Shown here: piece after piece, positions 1-10,303 of the stretch
How the letters are laid out: each line of letters begins with the position of its first letter
Numbering within the stretch: the first letter of the stretch is position 1
DNA from: Squalus acanthias
Lineage: Eukaryota
Direction of reading: 5' to 3'
NCBI GenBank assembly: GCA_030390025.1
Contig: JASTWF010000324.1
Location: 1 to 64,000, forward strand
DNA length: 64,000 bases
The notes under the pieces: generated by a model
The model's input: only the letters and a program-made list of their open reading frames with translations
Databases searched by the model: none
Told to the model about the DNA's origin: nothing
Program-made: the position numbers and the translations under genes

Positions 1-177
1 ACCACTTTTCAGCTTCCTGTATGACATCACTTCCTGTAATCAGTCCAGGATAAATACTGGACTGATCAGTTAGCTCTGGAAGAGGCATAGGGTAAGACCT
101 CTTTTGTATGCAGCACCGTTTTAAGTTGATTAAAGCTTACATTAAGTTTACCACGCGTAAGGCTCATTCTTACGACA
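1..177 (+). repeat. 5' LTR of copy 1 (partial)
   Basis: Matches 4238-4414 except at position 2 (C vs A); ends ...TTACGACA. Confidence 0.95.
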
Positions 178-256
178 ATTTAATCAACTTTGAAAAAACT
201 TCGCACTCAAACTTTTTGGACGAACTCGGAGCTAAGGATCCAGGGAATCACCCATC

Positions 257-3200
257 ATGGAAAACATCCTTAAACCATCGCGTCTTGACTTGGACCCAAA
301 CACCCCAGCAGCCGGTAAGGTGTGGAAACACTGGTATCGCACGTTTGAGAATTTTCTTGAGTATTGCAAAGCTGATGATAACTCAAAGTTGCGGATACTC
401 ATCAACTGTGTCACCCCGAATGTATTTCAGTATGTGGAAGACTGGGACAGTTATGAGGAGGCAATTCAGACGCTTAAGAGACTATATACTAAGACACCGA
501 ATGAGGTCTATGCTAGACATCTACTAGCTACAGCCCAACAAGGGCCGGAGGAATCCATTGATAAATTCCTCCAAGAGCTTCGCAGACTTAGTATGGACTG
601 TAACTTTCGGGCAGCCTCAGCTGAGCTATACCGCGAAGAAATGATCCGTGATGCGTTCATCTGCGGGCTTGCCTCCCCATTTATACGCCAGCGTCTACTG
701 GAAAGTAAGACACTTGAGCTGCAGAGAGCTTATGACCTGGCTTGCTCTCTAGATCTGGCAAAAAGAAATGCAGACCTTTTTACAGTGCCCAGACCTCGGT
801 CTGCTGCCTTAACTACAGTCAGGCAATTTAAGAGGCCACAGGTGAACTCTATTAGGGAGGACTTTATCCCTGACGATCGATCTGATGACTTCACTGATGA
901 AGAGGATGATGACCCCACTGTGGCAGCCTCTTGGCAATCTAAGAAATGCTTTTTTTGTGGTGATGAGTTTCACCCTCGGAGATTCTGCCCTGCTCGCAAT
1001 GCGTTTTGCAGTCATTGCAACAAAAAGGGTCATTTTGTAAAGGTTTGCCTATCAAGAGCCTCTACGAGGGCTTATCAAGCTAAGTCCTACCGAACTGCCC
1101 CAGTAAGGGCCTATCAGGATGTTCCAACTAAAAACTATCGTGCTTCCTCTCGGGTTTTTTCTCGAAGAAACACACCTAGAATTTCAGCCACTCTTTGTGC
1201 AACGACACCAATTACAGCTGCTTGTCCTCAGAATCTATTCCATGCAGCTACAAAAGCATCAATTAATGGACATACTTTAGATGCCTTAATTGACTCAGGT
1301 AGCACTGATAGTTTCATTAGGGAACAGACTGTTGCACAGTTAAAGCTACATGTTTTTCCATCGGACCAGGCAGTTGCGATGGCTCAGTCATCACTTAATA
1401 CCAGAATTTCTGGCTTCTGTGTAGTTGAAATAATGCTTAAAGGTCACAGGTATCCCTCCACCCGGCTTTCGGTGCTCAAGGACTTATGTAGTGATCTTAT
1501 CTTAGGGCTGGATTTTCAAAAGCAGCATAAGAAGCTTACCATTGAGTTCGGCGGATCCAAACCTGAACTCACTATTTCTAATATACGACCTCGATTACCG
1601 TTCTGTGCCTTGTCAGCAGCTTCACTGGATGAACCCTCACTGTTTGCCAGTATCCCTCCTCGATGCAAACCGATTATAACAAAGTCACGCCGTTTCAGTC
1701 AGGAAGACCAGTCTTTTATTGCGGCTGAGATTTCTCGGCTTTTAGCAGAGGATATCATCGAGCCTTGTTCGTCGCCATGGCGCGCCCAGGTCGTTATTGT
1801 TAAGAACCCTCTACAACCTCACAAGAAACGGCTGTGCATTGACTATTCACAGACCATCAATCAGTATACGGACTTGGACGCATACCCATTGCCGCGCATC
1901 GATGATATGGTTAATAAATTGGCTGAGTACACGGTGTTCTCGACTTATGATCTGAAAAGCGCCTATCATCAGGTACCCTTGAAGGTCTCAGACAAGCAGT
2001 ATACAGCCTTTGAAGCCAATGGGCGGCTGTATCAATTTCGTCGCCTCCCCTTTGGGGTCACTAATGGAGTGGCTGTCTTCCAGCGAGCAATGGATGACCT
2101 GGTCAAACAGGAAGACTTGAAGGATACGTTTCCTTATCTGGACAATATTACTGTCGCAGGTCGCAATCAGCAGGAACATGACGCCAATCTCCAACGATTT
2201 TGGGATGCACTCCAGCACCGTAATTTGACATTGAATGCGGCTAAATCCATTGAGTCACAACCAACTATCAACATCCTTGGCTATTGTGTGGGCAATGGCA
2301 TCATTAAACCTGACCCTGAAAGGCTTCGCCCACTCCAAGAACTCCCGCCACCTAAGAATCCGGCCTCCTTGCGCCGGGCCCTCGGCCTGTTTGCATACTA
2401 TGCGAAATGGATTCCTAACTTCTCGGACCGAATCCAACCTCTACTGAAGGCCAGCATATTCCCACTAGACACAACGGCTGTTGCAGCCTTTAACCTCCTG
2501 AAAAAGCAGTTGGAGAAAGCGGCTCTTCACTCCATCGATGAGAGTCTTCCTTTCGTGGTTGAGTGTGATGCCTCGGAGGTGGCAATCTCAGCCACTCTGA
2601 ATCAGGAAGGTCGTCCGGTGGCATTTTTGTCCAGGACTTTTCAAGGGGCTGAGCTACATTATCCTCCAGTCGAGAAAGAAGCTACAGCCATCATAGAGGC
2701 AGTACGGAAGTGGAGTCATCTCCTGGCTCGCCAGCACTTTACCTTAATCACGGACCAGCGATCGGTCGCCTTCATGCTCGATAATCGAAAACGGACCAAA
2801 ATTAAAAATAATAAAATCCAGCTTTGGCGGCTGGAATTGGCCTCTTTTGGTTACACCATCCACTATCGACCTGGCAAGGAGAATGTGGCTCCGGATACCC
2901 TCACACGAGCATTCTGCTCCGCCATGGCACCCTCTACGCTCGTAGACATCCATGATGGGTTGTGTCATCCAGGCGTTACTCGCATGCTGCACTTCGTGCG
3001 GTCCCGAAATCTCCCATTCTCTACCGGGGATGTAAAGAAGATGTGCTCGGACTGCAGAGTCTGTGCGGAATTGAAACCTCGGTTTTTCCGCCCCTCGGGT
3101 GGTATACTCATACATGCGACCCAGCCAATGCAAAGGCTTAGCATCGATTTTAAGGGGCCGTTGCCCTCTTCGACTCGCAACACTTATCTATTAACAATGG

Positions 3201-4213
3201 TTGATGAGTATTCTCGTTTTCCGTTTGCCTTTCCCTGCCCCAATATGCTGACAACCACGGTTATCAGCTGCCTTGAACAGGTATTTGCTTTCTGTGGCAT
3301 GGCATCCTATGTTCATTCAGATCGGGGCCCTTCTTTTATGTCGGGAGAACTCAAGGCCTATCTCTCGGAACGGGGTATTGCTGCCAGCAAAACGACGCCT
3401 TATCATCCGGTTGGGAATGGGCAAGTCGAGCGTTTTAACGCTATCATCTGGAATGCGGTACGTCTGGCTTTGAGATCTCGGGGCCTACCCAACCAGCATT
3501 GGGAAGCAGTACTTCCAGACGCATTACACTCCACACGGTCCCTCCTTTCGACCGCCACAAATACGACGCCTCATGAACGGTTCTTCCGATTTCAGCGTCG
3601 CTCATCCTATGGGACATCTCTCCCGTCGTGGCTGACTGCACCGGGACCAGTGCTACTCCGAAGATATGTCCGGGCGTCTAAGAATGACCCCCTGGTAGAT
3701 GAGGTTGAGCTCACTGACGTCAACCCTACCTACGCCTATATTCGGTATCCTGACGGTCGGGAATCTACCGTGTCATTGCGGGATCTGGCTCCCTGCCCGC
3801 CGAAACATAGAGGGACACCAGGGGATGATATTGTACCAAGCACATCTCTGGGCTTGCCAGGTGCCTCTCATCATGATCGGGATCTGACGCCGGCTGGTAC
3901 CTCACTCCAGCGTGCCGACCTGGGGCAGACTGACTATGAGCCCGTTGGGGCTCGCACGCGCAGCCACGATCAACCCTGTACCGTACGCTCAGAAACGGAT
4001 CTGCCACAGCCCTGCCTGACACCCATTCGGGTACCAGTACACAGTCAGGATCGTTCTGACCCCTCACAGAGCGGGCTGGAGCACTCGGACTCTGGTCCAT
4101 GGCCCGCAGCGGGTAAACGGGCTAGGGGCCCTCTACCGCTACGAGAACCCAAACGGGTGCGGCTCTCCCTCATCCAACGGCTACGAAATGGAGGGAGCAT
4201 CCCGGCCTCCTAA
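257..4213 (+). CDS. Gag-Pol polyprotein, 1318 aa (gag with two Zn knuckles, aspartic protease, RT, RNase H, integrase)
   Basis: CFFCGDEFHPRRFC and CSHCNKKGHFVKVC knuckles; protease LIDSGS; RT motifs LCIDY, YDLKSAYHQ, LPFGV, YLDN; RNase H ECDAS, EKEA, TDQ; integrase H-H-C-C (IHDGLCH...CSDCRVC) and D,D35E (SIDF, HSDRG, GQVER). No stop or frameshift. Confidence 0.96.
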   Translation: MENILKPSRLDLDPNTPAAGKVWKHWYRTFENFLEYCKADDNSKLRILINCVTPNVFQYVEDWDSYEEAIQTLKRLYTKTPNEVYARHLLATAQQGPEESIDKFLQELRRLSMDCNFRAASAELYREEMIRDAFICGLASPFIRQRLLESKTLELQRAYDLACSLDLAKRNADLFTVPRPRSAALTTVRQFKRPQVNSIREDFIPDDRSDDFTDEEDDDPTVAASWQSKKCFFCGDEFHPRRFCPARNAFCSHCNKKGHFVKVCLSRASTRAYQAKSYRTAPVRAYQDVPTKNYRASSRVFSRRNTPRISATLCATTPITAACPQNLFHAATKASINGHTLDALIDSGSTDSFIREQTVAQLKLHVFPSDQAVAMAQSSLNTRISGFCVVEIMLKGHRYPSTRLSVLKDLCSDLILGLDFQKQHKKLTIEFGGSKPELTISNIRPRLPFCALSAASLDEPSLFASIPPRCKPIITKSRRFSQEDQSFIAAEISRLLAEDIIEPCSSPWRAQVVIVKNPLQPHKKRLCIDYSQTINQYTDLDAYPLPRIDDMVNKLAEYTVFSTYDLKSAYHQVPLKVSDKQYTAFEANGRLYQFRRLPFGVTNGVAVFQRAMDDLVKQEDLKDTFPYLDNITVAGRNQQEHDANLQRFWDALQHRNLTLNAAKSIESQPTINILGYCVGNGIIKPDPERLRPLQELPPPKNPASLRRALGLFAYYAKWIPNFSDRIQPLLKASIFPLDTTAVAAFNLLKKQLEKAALHSIDESLPFVVECDASEVAISATLNQEGRPVAFLSRTFQGAELHYPPVEKEATAIIEAVRKWSHLLARQHFTLITDQRSVAFMLDNRKRTKIKNNKIQLWRLELASFGYTIHYRPGKENVAPDTLTRAFCSAMAPSTLVDIHDGLCHPGVTRMLHFVRSRNLPFSTGDVKKMCSDCRVCAELKPRFFRPSGGILIHATQPMQRLSIDFKGPLPSSTRNTYLLTMVDEYSRFPFAFPCPNMLTTTVISCLEQVFAFCGMASYVHSDRGPSFMSGELKAYLSERGIAASKTTPYHPVGNGQVERFNAIIWNAVRLALRSRGLPNQHWEAVLPDALHSTRSLLSTATNTTPHERFFRFQRRSSYGTSLPSWLTAPGPVLLRRYVRASKNDPLVDEVELTDVNPTYAYIRYPDGRESTVSLRDLAPCPPKHRGTPGDDIVPSTSLGLPGASHHDRDLTPAGTSLQRADLGQTDYEPVGARTRSHDQPCTVRSETDLPQPCLTPIRVPVHSQDRSDPSQSGLEHSDSGPWPAAGKRARGPLPLREPKRVRLSLIQRLRNGGSIPAS

Positions 4214-4219
4214 TCTTTT

Positions 4220-4231
4220 GGGGGGGGAGAA
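4220..4231 (+). other. Polypurine tract of copy 1
   Basis: GGGGGGGGAGAA immediately upstream of the 3' LTR TG. Confidence 0.9.
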
Positions 4232-4414
4232 TGTGGTAACACTTTTCAGCTTCCTGTATGACATCACTTCCTGTAATCAGTCCAGGATAAATACTGGACT
4301 GATCAGTTAGCTCTGGAAGAGGCATAGGGTAAGACCTCTTTTGTATGCAGCACCGTTTTAAGTTGATTAAAGCTTACATTAAGTTTACCACGCGTAAGGC
4401 TCATTCTTACGACA
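4232..4414 (+). repeat. 3' LTR of copy 1 (183 bp)
   Basis: TGTGGTAA...TTACGACA, with TG..CA termini and an imperfect 8-bp terminal inverted repeat. Confidence 0.96.
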
Positions 4415-7400
4415 CTCAGTACTGTTATACACACACAGTCAGTGCTTGGACACTCAGTCCTGTTATACACACACAGTCAGTGCTGGGACACTCAGTCCTG
4501 TTACACACACAGTCAGTGCTGGGACTCTCAGTCCTGTTACACACACAGTCAGTGCTGGGACTCTCAGTCCTGTTACACACACAGTCAGTGCTGAGACACT
4601 CAGTCCTGTTACACACACAGTCAGTGCTGGGACACTCAGTCCTGTTATACACACAGTCAGTGCTGGGACACTCAGTCCTGTTACACACACAGTCAGTGCT
4701 GGGACACTCAGTCCTGTTACACACACACAGTCAGTGCTGGGACACTCAGTCCTGTTACACATACAGTCAGTGCTGGGACACTCAGTCCTGTTATACACAC
4801 AGTCAGTGCTGGGACACTCAGTCCTGTTATACACACAGTCAGTGCTGGGACACTCAGTCCTGTTACACACACAGTCAGTGCTGGGACACTCAGTCCTGAT
4901 ACGCTCACACAGTCAGTGCTGGGACACTCAGTCCTGTTACACATACAGTCAGTGCTGGGACACACAGTCCGGTTATACACACAGTCAGTGCTGGGACACT
5001 CAGTCCTGTTATACACACACAGTCAGTGCTTGGACACTCATTCCTGTTATACACACACAGTCAGTGCTGGGACACTCAGTCCTGTTACACACACAGTCAG
5101 TGCTGGGACTCTCAGTCCTGTTACACACACAGTCAGTGCTGAGACACTCAGTCCTGTTACACACACAGTCAGTGCTGGGATACTCAGTCCTGTTATACAC
5201 ACAGTCAGTGCTGGGACACTCAGTCCTGTTACACAAACAGTCAGTGCTGGGACACTCAGTCCTGTTACACACACAGTCAGTGCTGGGACACTCAGTCCTG
5301 TTATACACACATGTCAGTGCTGGGACACTCAGTCCTGTTGCACACACAGTGAGTGCTGGGACACTCAGTCCTGTTACACACACAGTCAGTGCTGGGACTC
5401 TCAGTCCTGTTATACACACACAGTCAGTGCTGGGACACTCAGTCCTGTTACACACAGAGTCATTGCTGGGACACTCAGTCCTGTTACACACACAGTCAGT
5501 GCTGGGACTCTCAGTCCTGTTACACACACAGTCAGTGCTGGGACACTCAGTCCTGTTACACACAGTCAGTGCTGGGACACTCAGTCCTGTTGCACACAGT
5601 CAGTGCTGGGACACTCAGTCCTGTTGCACACACAGGCAGTGCTGGGACACTCAGTCCTGTTACACACAGTCAGTGCTGGCACAATTAGTCCTTTTACACA
5701 CACAGTCAGTGCCTGGACACTCAGTCTTGTTACACACACAGTCAGTGCTGGGACACTCAGTCCTGTTGCACACACAGGCAGTGCCTGGACACTCAGTCCT
5801 GTTACACACACAGTCAGTGCCTGGACACTCAGTCCTGTTACACACACACAGTCAGTGCTGGGACACGCAGTCCTGATACACACAGTCAGTGCTGGGACAC
5901 TCAGTCCTGTTATACACACAGTCAGTGCTGGGACACTCAGTCCTGTTACACACACAGTCAGTGCTGGGACACTCAGTCCTGTTACACTCACACAGTCAGT
6001 GCTGGGACACTCAGTCCTGTTACACACACACAGTCAGTGCTGAGACACTCAGTCCTGTTACGCTCACACAGTCAGTGCTGGGACACTCAGTCCTGTTACA
6101 CATACAGTCAGTGCTGGGACACACAGTCCTGTTATACACACAGTCAGTGCTGGGACACTCAGTACTGTTATACACACACAGTCAGTGCTTGGACACTCAG
6201 TGCTGTTATACACACAGTCAGTGCTGGGACTCTCAGTCCTGTTACACACACAGTCAGTGCTGAGACACTCAGTCCTGTTACACACACAGTCAGTGCTGGG
6301 ACACTCAGTCCTGTTATACACACAGTCAGTGCTGGGACACTCAGTACTGTTATACACACACAGTCAGTGCTGGGACACTCAGTCCTGTTACACACACAGT
6401 CAGTGCTGGGACTCTCAGTCCTGTTACACACACAGTCAGTGCTGAGACACTCAGTCCTGTTACACACACAGTCAGTGCTGGGACACTCAGTCCTGTTATA
6501 CACACAGTCAGTGCTGGGACACTCAGTCCTGTTACACACACAGTCAGTGCTGGGACTCTCAGTCCTGTTACACACACAGTCAGTGCTGGGACACTCAGTC
6601 CTGTTACACACACAGTCAGTGCTGGGACACTCAGTCCTGTTACACACACACAGTCAGTGCTGGGACACTCAGTCCTGTTACACATACAGTCAGTGCTGGG
6701 ACACACTGTCCTGTTATACACACAGTCAGTGCTGGGACACTCAGTCCTGTTATACACACACAGTCAGTGCTTGGACACTCAGTGCTGCAATACACACACA
6801 GTCAGTGCTGGGACACTCAGTCCTGTTACACACACAGTCAGTGCTGGGACTCTCAGTCCTGTTACACACACAGTCAGTGCTGAGACACTCAGTCCTGTTA
6901 CACACACAGTCAGTGCTGGGACACTCAGTCCTGTTATACACACAGTCAGTGCTGGGACACTCAGTCCTGTTACACATACAGTCAGTGCTGGGACACTCAG
7001 TCCTGTTGCACTCACACAGTCAGTGCTGGGACACTCAGTCCTGTTACACACACACAGTCAGTGCTGGGACACTCAGTCCTGTTGCACACACAGTCAGTGC
7101 TGGGACACTCAGTCCTGTTATACACACACAGTCAGTGCTGGGACACTCAGTCCTGTTACGCTCACACAGTCAGTGCTGGGACACTCAGTCCTGTTACACA
7201 CACAGTCAGTGCTGGGACTCTCAGTCCTGTTACACACACAGTCAGTGCTGAGACACTCAGTCCTGTTACACACACAGTCAGTGCTGGGACACTCAGTCCT
7301 GTTACACACACACAGTCAGTGTTGGGACACTCAGTCCTGTTACACACACAATCAGTGCTGGGACACTCAGTCCTGTTACACACAGGCAGTGCTGGGACAC

Positions 7401-10303
7401 TCAGTCCTGTTACATACACACAGTCAGTGCTGGGACACTCAGTCCTGTTACACACACAGTCAGTGCTGGGACACTCAGTCCTGTTACACACACAGTCAGT
7501 GCTGGGACACTCAGTCCTGTTACACACACACAGTCAGTGCTGGGACACTCAATCCTGTTACACACACAGTCAGTGCTGGGACACTCAGTCCTGTTACACA
7601 CACACAGTCAGTGCTGGGACACTCAGTCCTGTTACACATACAGTCAGTGCTGGGACACTCAGTCCTGTTATACACACACAGTCAGTGCTTGGACACTCAG
7701 TGCTGCAATACACACACAGTCAGTGCTGGGACACTCAGTCCTGTTACACACACAGTCAGTGCTGGGACTCTCAGTCCTGTTACACACACAGTCAGTGCTG
7801 AGACACTCAGTCCTGTTACACACACAGTCAGTGCTGGGACACTCAGTCCTGTTATACACACAGTCAGTGCTGGGACACTCAGTCCTGTTACACATACAGT
7901 CAGTGCTGGGACACTCAGTCCTGTTGCACTCACACAGTCAGTGCTGGGACACTCAGTCCTGTTACACACACACAGTCAGTGCTGGGACACTCAGTCCTGT
8001 TACACACACAGTCAGTGCTGGGACACTCAGTCCTGTTATACACACACAGTCAGTGCTGGGACACTCAGTCCTGTTACGCTCACACAGTCAGTGCTGGGAC
8101 ACTCAGTCCTGTTACACACACAGTCATGCTGGGACTCTCAGTCCTGTTACACACACAGTCAGTGCTGAGACACTCAGTCCTGTTACACACACAGTCAGTG
8201 CTGGGACACTCAGTCCTGTTATACACACAGTCAGTGCTGGGACACTCAGTCCTGTTACACACACAGTCAGTGCTGGGACTCTCAGTCCTGTTACAGACAC
8301 AGTCAGTGCTGGGACACTCAGTCCTGTTACACACACAGTCAGTGCTGGGACACTCAGTCCTGTTACACACACACAGTCAGTGCTGGGACACTCAGTCCTG
8401 TTACACATACAGTCAGTGCTGGGACACACTGTCCTGTTATACACACAGTCAGTGCTGGGACACTCAGTCCTGTTATACACACACAGTCAGTGCTTGGACA
8501 CTCAGTGCTGTTATACACACACAGTCAGTGCTGGGACACTCAGTCCTGTTACACACACAGTCGGTGCTGGGACTCTCAGTCCTGTTACACACACAGTCAG
8601 TGCTGAGACACTCAGTCCTGTTACACACACAGTCAGTGCTGGGACACTCAGTCCTGTTATACACACAGTCAGTGCTGGGACACTCAGTCCTGTTACACAC
8701 ACAGTCAGTGCTGGGACTCTCAGTCCTGTTACACACACAGTCAGTGCTGGGACACTCAGTCCTGTTACACACACAGTCAGTGCTGGGACACTCAGTCCTG
8801 TTGCACACACACAGTCAGTGCTGGGACACTCAGTCCTGTTATACACACAGTCAGTGCTGGGACACTCAGTCCTGTTATACACACAGTCAGTGCTGGGACA
8901 CTCAGTCCTGTTACACACACAGTCAGTGCTGGGACACTCAGTCCTGTTACACTCACACAGTCAGTGCTGGGACACTCAGTCCTGTTACACATGCAGTCAG
9001 TGCTGGGACACACTGTCCTGTTATACACACAGTCAGTGCTGGGACACTCAGTCCTGTTATACACACAGTCAGTGCTGGGACACTCAGTCCTGTTACACAC
9101 ACAGTCAGTGCTGGGACTCTCAGTCCTGTTACACAAACAGTCAGTGCTGGGACACACTGTCCTGTTATACACACAGTGAGTGCTGGGACACTCAGTCCTG
9201 TTACACACAGTCAGTGCTGGGACACTCAGTCCTGTTACACACACAGTCAGTGCTGGGACTCTCAGTCCTGTTACACACACAGTCAGTGCTGGGACACTCA
9301 GTCCTGTTACACACAGTCAGTGCTGGGACACTCAGTCCTGTTACACACACAGTCAGTGCTGGGACTCTCAGTCCTGTTACACACACAGTCAGTGCTGGGA
9401 CACTCAGTCCTGTTATACACACAGTCAGTGCTGGGACACTCAGTCCTGTTACACACAGAGTCATTGCTGGGACACTCAGTCCTGTTATACACACAGTCAG
9501 TGCTGGGACACTCAGTCCTGTTACACACAAAGTCAGTGCTGGGACTCTCAGTCCTGTTACACACACAGTCAGTGCTGGGACACTCAGTCCTGTTACACAC
9601 AGAGTCATTGCTGGGACACTCAGTCCTGTTACACACACAGTCAGTGCTGGGACACTCAGTCCTGTTACACACAGTCAGTGCTGGGACACTCAGTCCTGTT
9701 ACACACACAGTCAGTGCTGGGACACTCAGTCCTGTTACACACAGTCAGTGCTGGGACACTCAGTCCTGTTACACACACAGTCAGTGCTGGGACACTCAGT
9801 CCTGTTACACACAGTCAGTGCTGGGACACTCAGTCCTGTTACACACACAGTCAGTGCTGGGACACTCAGTCCTGTTACACACACAGTCAGTGCTGGGACA
9901 CTCAGTCCTGTTACACACACATTTAGTGCTGGGACACTCAGTCCTGTTACACACAGTCAGTGCTGGGACACTCAGTCCTGTTACACACACACAGTCAGTG
10001 CTGGGACACTCAGTCCTGTTACACACACAGTCAGTGCTGGGACACTCAGTCCTGTTACACACACAGTCAGTGCTGGGACACTCAGTCCTGTTACACACAC
10101 ATTTAGTGCTGGGACACTCAGTCCTGTTACACACAGTCAGTGCTGGGACACTCAGTCCTGTTACACACACACAGTCAGTGCTGGGACGCTCAGTCTTGTT
10201 ACGCTCACACAGTCAGTGCTGGGACACTCAGTCCTGTTACATATACAGTCAGTGCTGGGACACACAGTCCTGTTATACACACAGTCAGTGCTGGGACACT
10301 CAG
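4415..10303. repeat. ~36-bp (34-38) minisatellite GTCAGTGCTGGGACACTCAGTCCTGTT(AC)nA, segment between the two LTR elements
   Basis: Directly visible tandem repeat; length varies in the CA tract. Confidence 0.98.

Larger units (their letters stand above)
1..4414 (+). mobile_element. Ty3/Gypsy LTR retrotransposon, copy 1 (first ~6 bp of the 5' LTR lie outside the window)
   Basis: Direct repeats at 1-177 and 4232-4414, [15 protein letters not shown] at 4220-4231, intact polyprotein with PR-RT-RH-IN order, followed by CTCAG (same as the copy 2 TSD). Confidence 0.97.

Noticed and set aside
108..527. 139-aa overlapping ORF starting in the LTR (also 10417-10836)
   Set aside because: In the related element the ATG is followed immediately by TAG, so the start is not conserved; no recognisable motifs.
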